64,000 bases of DNA from assembly GCF_030684315.1 (NCBI RefSeq), contig NC_081386.1, positions 10,549,914-10,613,913 of the forward strand, read 5' to 3'. Each line of letters opens with the position of its first letter. Positions within the stretch are counted from its first letter, which is position 1. Positions 1 to 12,125 of this stretch are shown piece after piece. The notes beneath the pieces are model-generated. The model was not told the DNA's origin. It did no database searches and saw only the letters and a program-made list of their open reading frames with translations. Made by a program: the position numbers and the translations under genes. The stretch is from Stegostoma tigrinum. Lineage: Eukaryota.

Positions 1-960
1 AGTCTCTGGCTATCAACTCTATCTATGCCTCTCATTATCTTGTATACCTCAATTAGGTCCCCTCTCCTCCTCCTTTTCTCCAATGAAAAGAGACCGAGCT
101 CAGTCAACCTCTCTTCATAAGATAAGCCCTCCAGTCCAGGCAGCATCCTGGTAAACCTCCTCTGAACCCTCTCCAAAGCATCCACATCTTTCCTATAATA
201 GGGCGCCCAGAACTGGACGCAGTATTCCAAGTGCGGTCTAACCAAAGTTTTATAGAGCTGCAACAAGATCTCACGACTCTTAAACTCAATCCCCCTGTTA
301 ATGAAAGCCAAAACACCATATGCTTTCTTAACAACCCTGTCCACTTGGGTGGCCATTTTAAGGGATCTATGTATCTGCACACCAAGATCCCTCTGTTCCT
401 CCACGCTGCCAAGAATCCTATCCTTAATCCTGTACTCAGCTTTCAAATTCGACCTTCCAAAATGCATCACCTCGCATTTATCCAGGTTGAACTCCATCTG
501 CCACCTCTCAACCATCTCTGCATCCTGTCAATGTCCCGCTGCAGCCTACAACAGCCCTCTACACTGTCAACGACACCTCCGACCTTTGTGTCGTCTGCAA
601 ACTTGCTGACCCATCCTTCAATTCCCTCGTCCAAGTCATTAATAAAAATTACAAACAGTAGAGGCCCAAGGACAGAGCCCTGTGGAACCCCACTCACCAC
701 TGACTTCCAGGCAGAATATTTTCCTTCTACTACCACTCGCTGTCTTCTGTTGGCCAGCCAATTCTGTATCCAAGCAGCTAAGTTCCCCTGTATCCCATTC
801 CTCCTGACCTTCTGAATGAGCCTTCCATGGGGAACCTTATCAAATGCCTTACTGAAGTCCATATACACCACATCCACAGCTCGACCCTCATCAACCTTAC
901 TAGTCACATCCTCAAAAAACTCGATAAGGTTTGTAAGGCATGACCTACCCCTCACAAAGC
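1..960 (-). mobile_element. Young CR1-type LINE, 5'-truncated ORF2 (RT and C-terminal region); 3' end runs off the window
   Basis: ORF 467..955(-) reads [66 protein letters not shown]. After a single 1-bp frameshift near 511 it continues to LVRPHLEYCVQFW..LERVQRRFTRMLPG. Confidence 0.95.
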
Positions 961-1350
961 CTCACATTAGGACTGCTCTAGGTGAGAGAGACAGCTTACT
1001 TCAGGAGACGGAGTGTGATGTAGGAACCAAAGAAATGTCCCTCCGTGGGTAAGAGGCATGGCTGATGCAAGGCCAGGTCCAGTGAGGTATGAGTTTTGTG
1101 TAGGTGTGACTGTCCTGAACAAGCATGTGGGCTATATAAAAGCCACAAACTTGCAAATGGTGTGGGAGCGAAACATGCCTGGCTCCTTGACCACCTTTCT
1201 GACAGTTCCAAAACCCATGCGTTCTCCCTCTCCATCAAGTGTTGCTGATACCTCTCAGAAATTGCGGTGAACACAGCGGATGTTGCCACCTCAACACTTT
1301 TGCCTCCTGAAGAGGAGAATGAATTTCTTCTAAGATGCTGCACAATGGTC
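961..1350 (+). mobile_element. Decayed Ty3/Gypsy pol fragment (integrase C-terminal region)
   Basis: The frame from about 992 reads QLTSGDGV*CRNQRNVPPWVRGMADARPGPVRYEFCVGVTVLNKHVGYIK, matching the GD.V..RN....W..G.V....GPV.Y.V.....RH motif of Gypsy integrase tails. Confidence 0.6.
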
Positions 1351-3162
1351 TGAAAGGGTTAATACTCAGGCATGTCTTAAACATCAGCCACTATCATGAT
1401 GCTGTATGGACTTAGTGAAAGAAAAGCTTGAGATCTTGAAAGAATAAGGCCTACCATCCAGGGCTCTTCACAGTCTCCGTGACAATATCTTTCATATAAA
1501 ATGTATTTGATGCCATGTCACTAACGCAAGGTAAATTGTTTAAGAGAAGAGTCTTTTCTGGTTAGACTAGCAAGTGTTATTTTTCCTTTACCAAAATGGA
1601 TCAAGCGGTAGATCGCTACCTTCAAAAGGTTTGACAGCAAAAGAGCTACATGGAGGGGAAAATAGTTCAGATAATCGCAAACAACATGGTGGTCGGCTTG
1701 GAGGACTGCTTGTACTATTTCCAGCATCTTCCCCTATGTTTGGGTTCATTTGCCTTTCCATTTTGGAATTCACTACATAGGCAGAGACCATTTGGCCCAT
1801 CGTGTCTGTGTTCAGCCTATGCCAGGGAGCTTCAAGGTTAATTCCACTGCCCTGCCTTTTTTGTCCAGGCCCTGCAGTTACCTTGGTTTTCCTTAACTGT
1901 CTCTTGAATGTTCCTTTGAAAGTGTTAATTAATTGTTTGGGGAAAATGCAATGGAAAATAGGAGCAAAGATCAGCTAGTGACTAACAGCTGTGCCTATTT
2001 TCTTATTTAAAAGGATTAAGAATTCTATTTATTGTCATATTTTATTATTTCATTGTGGAAGAACACATTGGATTGAAGAGCTATTTGCTTGGTGGTCGAC
2101 TCCTACAGTTTGGTTGTGAAAGTATTGCCCAAAAAAGACAAGAAGTCCCAAAAGTTGTTAGTGGCAGTACATAGGAAAGCATGTCAGAAAGTAATAGCTA
2201 GATAGGACATGTTAGCTAGGTATTCCAAAATGATTGCAGCAGCAATGAAACGATAAGGATGCTCCTGCTTGGTAAGCCTATTGTCAAAGAAACAGGTTTG
2301 ATAGAATCTTAGAGTGAAGCACAGAAAGGAATCTGTTTTTTTATATAACAGAAGATGGTGTCACTTCGCCCGCACACAAGTCCAGGGTCAGAACGTGTCA
2401 GCGTATCATGTGTGCATTACGTGCTGAGAGTTTTGTCAGATCAAACTGGCAAACATTGAGTTCCTTCCAAAAAAATATTTGGAGCTATTACAGAGCATGA
2501 ATTATAAATGTGCAGGGAAATGGAAATGGTGCAATGGGCCCATTTATGCTACGCAAAGGTATAAAATATTATTCAGCAATGATATGAATGCCTTTCATTC
2601 CATTTCTGTTTTATGGGGCATCTGTTTGCTAACACTCCTTCCCTCTGCCATGTAAATAATCACTAAATTAGTGAATGCATGTACAATTTCAGCTGAAGTA
2701 ATATTACTGTCAAGTCAAACAATAAAGCTGGAACTAGGTGCCTCAGTTCTATCTCCTTATTCAAATGAACAGTGCACAAAGGGAAAATTGAGTCTGCCTT
2801 CCATAAATGAAAAGAAGTTTACATTTTCAGTGCTCAAGGACAGCGAGGGCACGGAACGACCTGATTTTAATTGAAATAACGATTCATTTGCAAAAAGAAA
2901 TTTAAACGGTTATACTTAGTGGAAAGAGCAATGATGAGCTTTAGAATTTTTTTAGGCTGTGCACCTGTATTTGTGGAAGTGACTCTCATTCACCACACAA
3001 TAGCTGATCATCACTCAAGATATAATAGATATTTTGAATTTATTCTTTCTAATAAACAAAGCTGTCCTGATAGCACCTGGACAAATAGGTGATTTAATTT
3101 AATTATTGGTTCCCAGGCACTGGCATTTTAATCATTCACTAATTTTCTCTCCAGTCTATTAC

Positions 3163-3722
3163 CAGCCGAAGATCAGTTTGATTAATTTTTGCTGACGACG
3201 CCGGTGCTAGTAAGAATTGGCTAACCTCTAGATGCGCATCGACAACCTGAGGCTGGATTATGATTGATCATTGTCGCCTTCTCCGCCTAGTAAAACCTAA
3301 TCAGTGTTCACAGCAATTTAAGTAATGAAAGCTCATTATCGGCATTCGCCGCATTTAAGAGTTTTTTTATGTTCTCCCACTCGTCAACCTTTAGGGACCT
3401 TACAGGATCGATCCTGGAGTGTAAGAGAGTTCTGTATTGCCCTGCAAATGTACAGACAGGAAGACTTATTTCTGCTGACGTTGCCCAGATCTGTGCGCAT
3501 TGCCTCACCGTTCAGCACGTATTGACAAGATGGGCTTAGATTATGATTGATTATGTTAGCCTCTTCATTACTTAAAACCTAATCAGTGTGCTGAGTAATT
3601 TGAGTAATAATAGCTCATTATCAGTGGAATTTAAGAGTTTCTTTTCTTCTCCTACCAGGAAACCTTCAGAGACTGTCTTGGATCAATTGTGAAGAGCAGG
3701 TGGCTTTGTGACACTCTGCAAA
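3163..3722. repeat. Diverged tandem duplication, 2 x about 283 bp, resembling a conserved non-coding element (CNE)
   Basis: GCTGACG at 3191/3474 and GATTATGATTGAT at 3256/3539 are both offset by 283. TAAAACCTAATCAGTGT, AGCTCATTATC, ATTTAAGAGTTT and CTGCAAA follow in both copies in the same order. Confidence 0.85.
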
Positions 3723-4707
3723 CCATACCTATCAATTTAAAACATCTTTTGCTGACTGGTTTGTGGCTTTGCTTTCAAGTAGCCAATGATAAAAAGCTCA
3801 CAATATTTTCTTGCATGTTCGGTAATATTTCTCAAGGTAATTGATACCTCTCTACAGAGAGATATATGAAGTTGTGTTATACCATCTATGTGTGGAATTT
3901 GCATTAAATTGCCCCAACAGCTGTTTGATGAAAAAAAAATGACTGGAGGAATCTTATACAGATGTATGATTGCACATGAATGGAGGTTTGAAAGAAAGTG
4001 CAGAAGTCTAGCCATTCACATTTCAATGCATTCTCTTAATCTGCAATGACAATAGGTGCCAAATTGTTTGTGTCCATTGTATTTAAACCCTACATACAAT
4101 GGCTTTGTGAACTCATTCTGAGCAATACATGAATAATGTGGCAATTAGCTTGGAAGCAGATACCACTGGTGGGCTGAAAACCAACAACAGATGCCAACGA
4201 TGCTTGCATCCATGTTTGAACGGCTTAGAGGCCATAATGCATCTGTAAAACTGTCACCACAATGTCCCAGGGGAATGCTTTCTGACCAATGAAGAGAAAA
4301 TTGTCAAAGAGTGTTGGAGACAATTAGCAGTTCAGTCAAATTTTCGGCCATGAAGGGTAACTAGATAGGCAATAGAAACTGTCTTATTGTAAGAAGAAAA
4401 TTCAGCTGTGGAGTATCTCTTTTACTACACAACTACACAGATAAAGTTCACACACAACTAGTGTTTTTATGGAGTGTAGTCACATAGCCACATCATTGCT
4501 TAACCTCAGGAGAATCCCTATAACAAACAGTGTTGTCATTCCATGGGAAGCAGGGCTGTGCCAGTTTTCCTCCTCTTGTATATCAAAGGTTGCCAGTCCC
4601 AAGAAAATTTTGGGGCATGTTGCCAGGCTTCCTCAGAATGGCAGGTTTTATTTTATCATTTGGCGGCTTTCCAACCTGCCTGCTTTAATTTCCCCTCTTA
4701 TCAACAG

Positions 4708-4761
4708 GATCTTCTTTGCATCTTTTGTAATAAGAGCAGCAATCTGCTTTCCTGCAGTGAG
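4708..4761 (+). CDS. Possible 54-nt cassette exon (unverified)
   Basis: tttaatttcccctcttatcaacag|GAT...GAG|gtaaca; 18 codons open (DLLCIFCNKSSNLLSCSE); no recognised homology. Confidence 0.15.
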
Positions 4762-4965
4762 GTAACAGGGTCTAACATGCTCTCCATCATTGACAGTAAA
4801 ATTAATTTTTGGTCCCTTGCTGCTTCACTTTTTAGTTGAAGAGGTTGACACTCACCAGTAACAACTGACATACATTTATATAGTGACTTTAATGCTGTAA
4901 AATGCTTCAAGTCATCTCAAAGGAACAGTATCAAACAAAACTTGACTTACGTATGGAAATATTCA

Positions 4966-5880
4966 ACTAGGACTATATTGAAGAAGATACATTGGTTTTC
5001 CAAGACTAAAATGAATTCTTTATTTAAAGTAAGATATGTAATGCAAATAATACAGTCAAAATTTGTCAAGCTGCTATTGTCATGAATCTGCTGTCTGGCA
5101 AACATTAATTTCAAAAATTTCTTTTCATCATGAGGTTTCTTTCAGTCATGTGATGCTTGTATAGAACCAGGGAGATGAAAAAACCCTGAAGTGATTTTGG
5201 ACCATAAAAGAAAATTGAAAGATCTTTTAAATATCTGATCATAAAACCTGCATCAAATTGTTCTCTGTGTATTTCATAGATGTCTTACAATGGTTTGAAA
5301 AACCAAAATAGCTGATCTCCATCCAGTAAAGACTGAAAGATTGAATATCGATATATTCTGGCAAATAGAACATAGCTTAAAATGCTCCACAATTTCTTTC
5401 AACCTCTTAGAATAGCATCTGGATCCATCTCTTCCCCTTTATATTTGAGGGAATATCGAGAAATAGGACTCGTATATCATATATTTTGAAGGTGTCACCA
5501 GATCTAACAGTATTGAGAAGGATCTTTTCAAAAGCTTCCCTCAATGCAGATCTTCCTGGAGTTTTCTTAGAGAATTGAAGAAGATGAAGAAATGAACAAG
5601 AATTATTGAGCAAGGAATGCTGTAAAGGGTATTCATGACAAGCATGTGAAAGAACTCAATCTCCCTTTTCATTTGTGACCTGAATATCAAATCAATACAT
5701 TGCTTGCACACTTCAAATATTGGCCTGACCTAAACTTAGCCAACAGTACCTTGATAACAGCTGATGGTATGAGATTTCTGGATGAAATATGCCACATTCC
5801 AAACAAAATGGCCTTGGTGGTCTGATTCAAGAGGGCATTGGAGTTGAAGATGATAGCATGGAGTTTCTTTTTACTTTGTT
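4966..5880 (+). pseudogene. Possible decayed coding sequence of unknown origin
   Basis: Two long same-strand frames (4966-5241 and 5571-about 5900) are interrupted only by TGA stops and have protein-like composition; no recognised motif. Confidence 0.25.
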
Positions 5881-6060
5881 CATATCATGTGGACATCTCT
5901 AGCTGGGCCAGCATTTAATGCTCACCCCTGATTGTCCTTGCAAGGCCATATCAGAGGACAGTTATGAGACAACACTTGTGGCTCTGGAGTCATCTAGGCC
6001 AGACTAGGTAAGAATGGCAGATTTCTTCAGTGAACCAGATGAGCATTTTCAACCACAGTT
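5875..6060 (-). mobile_element. tRNA-derived SINE fragment (same family as 12639-12990)
   Basis: gccagcatttaatgctcacccctgattg..tggctctggagtcatctaggccagactaggtaagaatggcagattt is the reverse complement of the 12.8-12.95 kb SINE body. Confidence 0.75.
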
Positions 6061-6234
6061 ATGTGCAAAGTTCCCTGTATTTTTTTTATACGCTGCTGCC
6101 TGGACATCTGTGTAGCAATGGCTTCCAAAAGTGGAAGCAACTCATCAGACATATCAATTGATGTGTGCATAGCTTCCTAGCAGATACACTGCCTTGCAAC
6201 TGACAGGGAATGTTGGTTATATGGCTTATGATTT

Positions 6235-6458
6235 AGTTTAGTTCATTCGGCTGGATGGCTAACTTGTGATGCAGAGCAGCACCAACATCATAGGTTCAAT
6301 TCCTGCTCTGGCTGATAGTATCATGAAGATCCCTCTTGGTCAACCTCACTCCTCACTTGTCGTGGTGACTCTCAGGTTAAACCACCACCAGTAGTCTTTC
6401 TCTGTAATGAGAGAGCAGCCCTATGGGCTGGTCAGAGTATGGCAACTTTAGCTTTACC
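6235..6458 (+). mobile_element. tRNA-derived SINE (second family)
   Basis: B-box-like ggttcaattcc; body tcaggttaaaccaccaccagt..tctctgtaatgagagagcagccctatgg shared with 9870-10085. Confidence 0.65.
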
Positions 6459-6513
6459 TTGTAGTCATCATTAGGCTTGCTTTTAATTTCACATGTATAT
6501 TGAATTCAAAATG

Positions 6514-7013
6514 CCTTTTGAAAGTGGGCACCTCTGACCAGTATTTACAACCTGTACCTAGTTGCTCCTGAGAAGGTGGTGTTGAGCTGCCTCCTGAAAC
6601 CCTGTTGTCCATCTGTTGTAGATAGACCCACAAGGCCATTTGGAAGGGAGTTTCAGGATTTTGACCCAGAAACATTGATACCTTTTTAAAGTGGGCACCT
6701 CTGACTAGTATTTACAACCTGTACCTAGTTGCTCCTGAGAAGGTGGTGTTGAGCTGCCTCCTGAAACCCTGTTGTCCATCTGTTGTAGATAGACCCACAA
6801 GGCCATTTGGAAGGGAGTTTCAGGATTTTGACCCAGAAACATTGATACCTTTTTAAAGTGGGCACCTCTGACTAGTATTTACAACCTGTACCTAGTTGCT
6901 CCTGAGAAGGTGGTGTTGAGCTGCCTCCTGAAACCCTGTTGTCCATCTGTTGTAGATAGACCCACAAGGCCATTTGGAAGGGAGTTTCAGGATTTTGACC
7001 CAGAAACATTGAT
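6514..7013. repeat. Tandem triplication, 3 x 167 bp, near-identical
   Basis: aaagtgggcacctctgac starts at 6521, 6688 and 6855. Copies 2 and 3 match each other; copy 1 differs at 2 positions. Confidence 0.97.
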
Positions 7014-8175
7014 GCAACAGCAACATATTGATGGTGATGTATCCATGTGGCTGCTGTCCCTGTTCTTCTATTCGGTAGTGGCCTTGGGTTCTTGGGGTCT
7101 TGGTGAAGTTCTGTAGTGGATCTTTGGATGGTACACACTGCTGCTACTGAGTATTGGTGTATAGAGGGGAAAAAATCATGGATTGGGTGTGAATTAAACA
7201 CTTTGATTTTTCCCGGATGGTGACAGGCTTCTTGAGTATTGTTGGAGCTGCACTCATTCAGGTAAGTGGAGAGCATTGCATCACACTTCTGAACTGTGCC
7301 TTGTGGGTGGTAGACAGACTTTTGGAATTTGAAGATGAATTACTCACAGCATTATTCCCAGCCCCCGACCTGGTCTCGTAGCCAGAACTATTTATGTGGC
7401 AAGTCCAGTTCAGTTTCTGACCCATGGCAACTCCAGGATGTTAATAGCGATGAATTCTGCTCTGATAATCCTATTGAATGTCAAAGGGCAATGGTTGGAT
7501 TGTATCCTATTGGACATAGTCATTGCTTGATTATTATGTGGCACCAAGTGCCCCTTGCAATTTGTTCAGCCAAGCTCAGATGTTGTTCCATCTTTCTATA
7601 TGCCAGGTATGACTCCAACCAGCTGAAAGTTTCCCCAATTTCCTTTAACTCATTTTGCTCGGCCTCATCGATGCCACATCCAGCCAAATGCGGTTTTGAC
7701 GTCAAGGCCTGTCACTCTCACCTCACCTCCGGAATCCAGCTCTTCTGTCTGTATTTGAACTAAGGCTGTAATGAGATCAGGAGCTGAGTGGCCCTGGTGG
7801 AACCCAAACTGGGCGTCACTGAGCAGGTTATTGCTGAGCAGGTGCAGCTTGATAGTGCTGTTGATGACACCTTCCATCACTTCACTGATGATCGACCATA
7901 GTCTGGTGGGGTGGTAATTGGGCGGGGTGGATTCATCCTGCATTTTGTGTACAGAACATACCTTGTCAATTTTCCACATTGACAATGTTGTAACTGCATT
8001 GGATGAACTTGGCTAGAGAAGCGGCAAATTCTGGAACGCAAGTCTTCAGTGCTATTGCCACAATATTGTCAAGACCCATAGCCTTTGCCGTTTACAGTTC
8101 CCCTTCCAACCAGTTCTTGTTGGCATGTGGAGTGAATTAAATTGCTTGAAGACTGGTATCTGTGATGCTGGGGAC
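6514..8175 (-). mobile_element. Old CR1/L2-group LINE, RT fragment plus 3' end
   Basis: ORF 7665..7985(-) NYHPTRLWSIISEVMEGVI..LLSDAQFGFHQGHSAPDLITALV..LDVKTAF; the 3' tail resembles that of the 12639-12990 SINE. Confidence 0.85.
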
Positions 8176-8574
8176 TGCTAGAAATTGAAGTTTTCCTTCC
8201 CTAATGGGTGTTGGCGAATTGGATTGATTTTTACCACATTGGTAACCATTAGACTAACAATCCTCGATTTCTTTTGAAACAAAATGATTTTATATTCCAT
8301 CGGCTGCTGTGGTGGGATTTGAAACCATGATCTCAAAACCATTACCTGCGTCTCTGCAGCACTAACAATAATATTGTTCCATCATCTCTCATAAATTAAA
8401 ACCCATCTAAAATGGTGAGATTCATACGCATGAACTAGAAAATTCATTTAGGGCTTTGGATTACTAATTCAGCCAAATTATCACTATTCCACATTCACCC
8501 TATGGCGTAACAGCAATGTTTCAGAGTTTGAGGCTGGGATGGGTAGATTTTAAAGATAATAGGCTTGTTCTTTT

Positions 8575-9855
8575 TCATAGAATCATTGAGGTGTATAGTA
8601 CAGAAGAGACCCTTCAACTGTTGACTTTGCAGCAACAGAAACTAAGTCTACATTAGTTCGGCTTTACCAGCGCTTGGCAGATAGCTTTGTGTGGTAAGCC
8701 ATTCCTCAACTGTTCATCCAAGTACTTTTTAAAGGTTGTGATGTTTAGTGCCTCAACTATGCTATCAGACTATGCATTCCAGGTTGGCGAATTTATTTTC
8801 CTCATAATTCCTCGAAAATTCCTCCTTTTACTTTAAAATTTTGCACCTTTATTACTGAGGGAACTAGGGGAATCAGTTGTCTTCTATCTATCCCATACTT
8901 GCCACTCATATCATATGCACCTAAATTAAGTCCCCTCTCAGCTGCCTTTGCTCCATAGAAAACAATGCAACTTTGTCCAGCCTCCCCGCATAGCTAAGTG
9001 AATCCTTAGTGAATCCTTCCTATAAGTTGGTGACCAGATAAGGACATAATTCTCCAGCTGTTGCAGAACCAATGTTTTGTACAATGCTAACATAACCTTC
9101 CTGATCTTATAATCTATGCCACAACTGATGAAGGCAAGTGTGTCATATGTCTATCATATTAACCTGCCCTGTCACCTTAAGGGATCTGTGGACAAGCAAC
9201 TCAAAACTCCAATGTTCTTCTGAGCTTCCTAGTGTCCTGCCATTCATTGAGTATCCCCTTGTCTTGTCAGCTCTTCGAAAGTGCATCACCTCACACTATT
9301 CAGTGTTAAAATCTGTCTACCACTGATTTCCCTATCTGACCATTCTGTATATTTCTTCCTCTAAGCTAAAACTTTCTTTCTTACCAATCAATGACAAGGT
9401 TAATTGCTGTGTCTTCCTCGAACTTACTTATTAACCCCACTGCCCCCCTCCCCAACATTTTCTCCTATGTGGCTCATACATACATCATGAATAATAAGGG
9501 ACCAATAACTGATCTCTTGGTGCACAACTCAGTCACACAAACAGCCTTCAATCTCTATCCTCTGTCTCCTCTCATTCAGGTAATTTTGGACCCATCTTCC
9601 CAAATTACCCTGGTTCCCATTTGCTTTTACTTTCTCTAACAGTCTTCTGTTTGGGACCATAACAAATCCTTTGCTGAAATCCAGATAAACCAAATCAATT
9701 GTACCCATGCCATCTACACATCTGGTCATGTCCTTGAAAACTCAATTAAATTTGTTAGGTATGACCTCCCCTGACAAAGCCATGCTGACTACCCTAAACG
9801 AATCTTGCATCTCAAAGTGGAGATCACTCTTCTTCTTCAGAGTTTTCTTCAATAT
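8575..9855 (-). mobile_element. Decayed CR1 LINE 3' portion
   Basis: ORF 9529..9729(-) DLVYLDFSKGFVMVP..LLEKVKANG..RWVQNYLNERRQR; catagaatcat tail at about 8576. Confidence 0.85.
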
Positions 9856-9869
9856 TTTACCTTGTGATA

Positions 9870-10085
9870 GGTTAACTGTCGAATTGGCTGAACAGCTGGT
9901 TTGCCATGCAGAGTGACACCAACAGTGCGGTTCAATTTCCGGACAGGCTGAGCTTACCATGGAAGTCCCACCTTCTCAACCTCACCTTTTGCAGGTAGTG
10001 TTGTGACCCTCAGCTTAAGTTCACCACTAGTCATCCCTCTCAAATGAGAGTACAGCCCTATGGTCCTCTGAGGCTGCGGGAGCTA
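9870..10085 (+). mobile_element. tRNA-derived SINE (second family)
   Basis: Similar to 6235-6458; B-box-like ggttcaatttcc. Confidence 0.65.
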
Positions 10086-10149
10086 ATGTTTCTACAGTTC
10101 TCCTAAGCTTGGAGTTAGGATACATCCAGATACAATTGTAGAATCAATG

Positions 10150-11835
10150 TCATAAGACCATAGGATATAGGAGCAGAATTATGATCTGCCATTCAATCAT
10201 GGCTGATATGTTTCTTAAGCCTATTCTCTTGCCTTTTCCCTGTCAACTTTGATCCTCTTACTAATCAAAAACCTAGGTATCTTTGTCTTAAAAGCAGTCA
10301 ATGACTTGGCCTCCACAGCTTTTTGTGACAATGTGTTCCACAGAATAACCACCCTCTGGCTGAAGAAGTTCCTCCTCATCACACTTGTGAAGGGTTATCT
10401 CTTCACTCTGAAACTATACCCTCGGGTTCTAATCTCTCCTAGTGGAAACATCTTCTCCATTTCTATCTATCCAGGCCTCTCAGTATTTTACAATTTTCAA
10501 TCAGATCTCCCACTCATCCTTCTAAACTCTACCAAGTACTCAACCACTCCTCATGTGACAGTCCCTTCAACTCTGGGATTATTCCTGTATACCTTCTCTG
10601 TACCCCCTCCTGTACTAGCATATCCTTCCTTAGATAAGAGGCCCAAAACGGCTCACACTGTTCCAAGTGCAGTCTGACCAGACCCTTACACAGCGTCAGC
10701 AATGCATTTCTGCTCTGGTATTATAGACCCCTTGAAATGAATGCTAGCATTGCATTTGTCTTCCTAAATGCCAACTGAACATGCATGACAAACTTAAGAG
10801 AGTCCTGAACTAGAACTTCTTGCATCCCTTTGAGCTTCAGATTTCCTGAGCCTTTCTCCCAGTTACAAAATATTCTTCCTAACGTCATTCTTATGATCAA
10901 AGTACATAACCTCAAGCATTTTATTCCATCTACGGCTTCTGTGCCCACTCTCCCAGCCTGTTGAAGTCTATCTACAGTCTGTTCGCTTCCTCAACACGAC
11001 CTGTCTCTCCACCTATCTTTGTGTCATCTCCCCCAAAGTTAGCAACAATGCCCTCAGTTCATTCATCCATATCAGTAAGATATAACATGAATAGTTGCAG
11101 TCGCAATGCTGATCCATGTGGAGCTAGAGGAAGTGATGGCTTAGTGGTATGACTATTAATCCAGAAACTCAGCTAAATATCTGGAGATCTTGTCAAAGGC
11201 CTTCTGGTAATCCAAATTGATCACATCCACTGGATTTCCTTTGTCTAAATTACTCATTATCCCCTCAAAGAATTCTAATTGATTTGTCGGGCATGAGCTC
11301 CTGTTGATGAAGCTATACTGAATCGGCCCTATTTTACCATACACATTCAAGTATTTCACGATCTTATCCTTAATAGTGGACTCCAAAATCATTTGAACAA
11401 CTGGGGTCAGACTAATTGGCTTTTTGTTTCCCATCTCCTGCCTCCCTCCCTTCTTTAACTAGGTGTTACATTCATCAGTTCCCCTGTCATTTCTTTGCTT
11501 CCCATTACTACTTCTCCAACCTCATTTACCAGGTCCAATATCTACTGTTGGGATCTGCTTCCAACGTGATCTTCCCAATCCACCTGCACATTGAAGCCCC
11601 CATGAACATTGTAATAGTGCATTTCTTACATGACTTTTCTATCTCCTGACTATTTCTGCCCTGCACCCTGACCACTACTATAAGGCCTCCCACTTGGGTC
11701 TTTTATCTTATGCAGATCTCCACCTCTGCCCAAATGGATTCTCTGCCTTCTGACCCTACATCACTTCTTGCTATCCTTTTTAATTTTGCTGCTTACTATC
11801 AAGGTACCTTGCCCCTCTGCACATTTGCCTGTCCT
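10150..11835 (-). mobile_element. Decayed CR1 LINE, with a short SINE head inserted at about 11125-11185
   Basis: ORF 11156..11434(-) PISLTPVVQMILESTIKD..LEFFE..NLDKGNPVDVINLDYQKAFDK; cataagaccatagg tail. Confidence 0.85.
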
Positions 11836-11844
11836 TTCAATAAG

Positions 11845-12125
11845 AAATGTATCTGCGGGTGATTGGACGGTGAGAGAGGAAAAACTTATGCAAGATGTGC
11901 AAGGGAAGTTTTTCATGCAGGAGCTTGGAATGTGCTGCCAGAAGAGATGATGGAATCAGGCACATTGGTGACATTTAAGAGGCATCTGGATGTTATGAAT
12001 AGGGAGGCAATAGAGGGACCAAATAATGGCAGAAGGTTTTTTTTCATATAATTAGGGCAAGATGATCACCACAGGCTTGGAGGGCCAAAATGTCTGTTCC
12101 TGTGCTGTACTTCTCCTTTGTTCTT
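11845..12125 (+). mobile_element. CR1 LINE 3' end
   Basis: WNVLPEEMMESGTLVTFKRHLD; 3' UTR gagggcc..tgttcctgtgctgtac. Confidence 0.8.

Noticed and set aside
231-815. 194-aa plus-strand ORF
   Set aside because: Antisense shadow of the CR1 RT frame.
6514-7013. CRISPR-like array
   Set aside because: Contiguous 167-bp units without unique spacers, in eukaryotic DNA with no cas genes.
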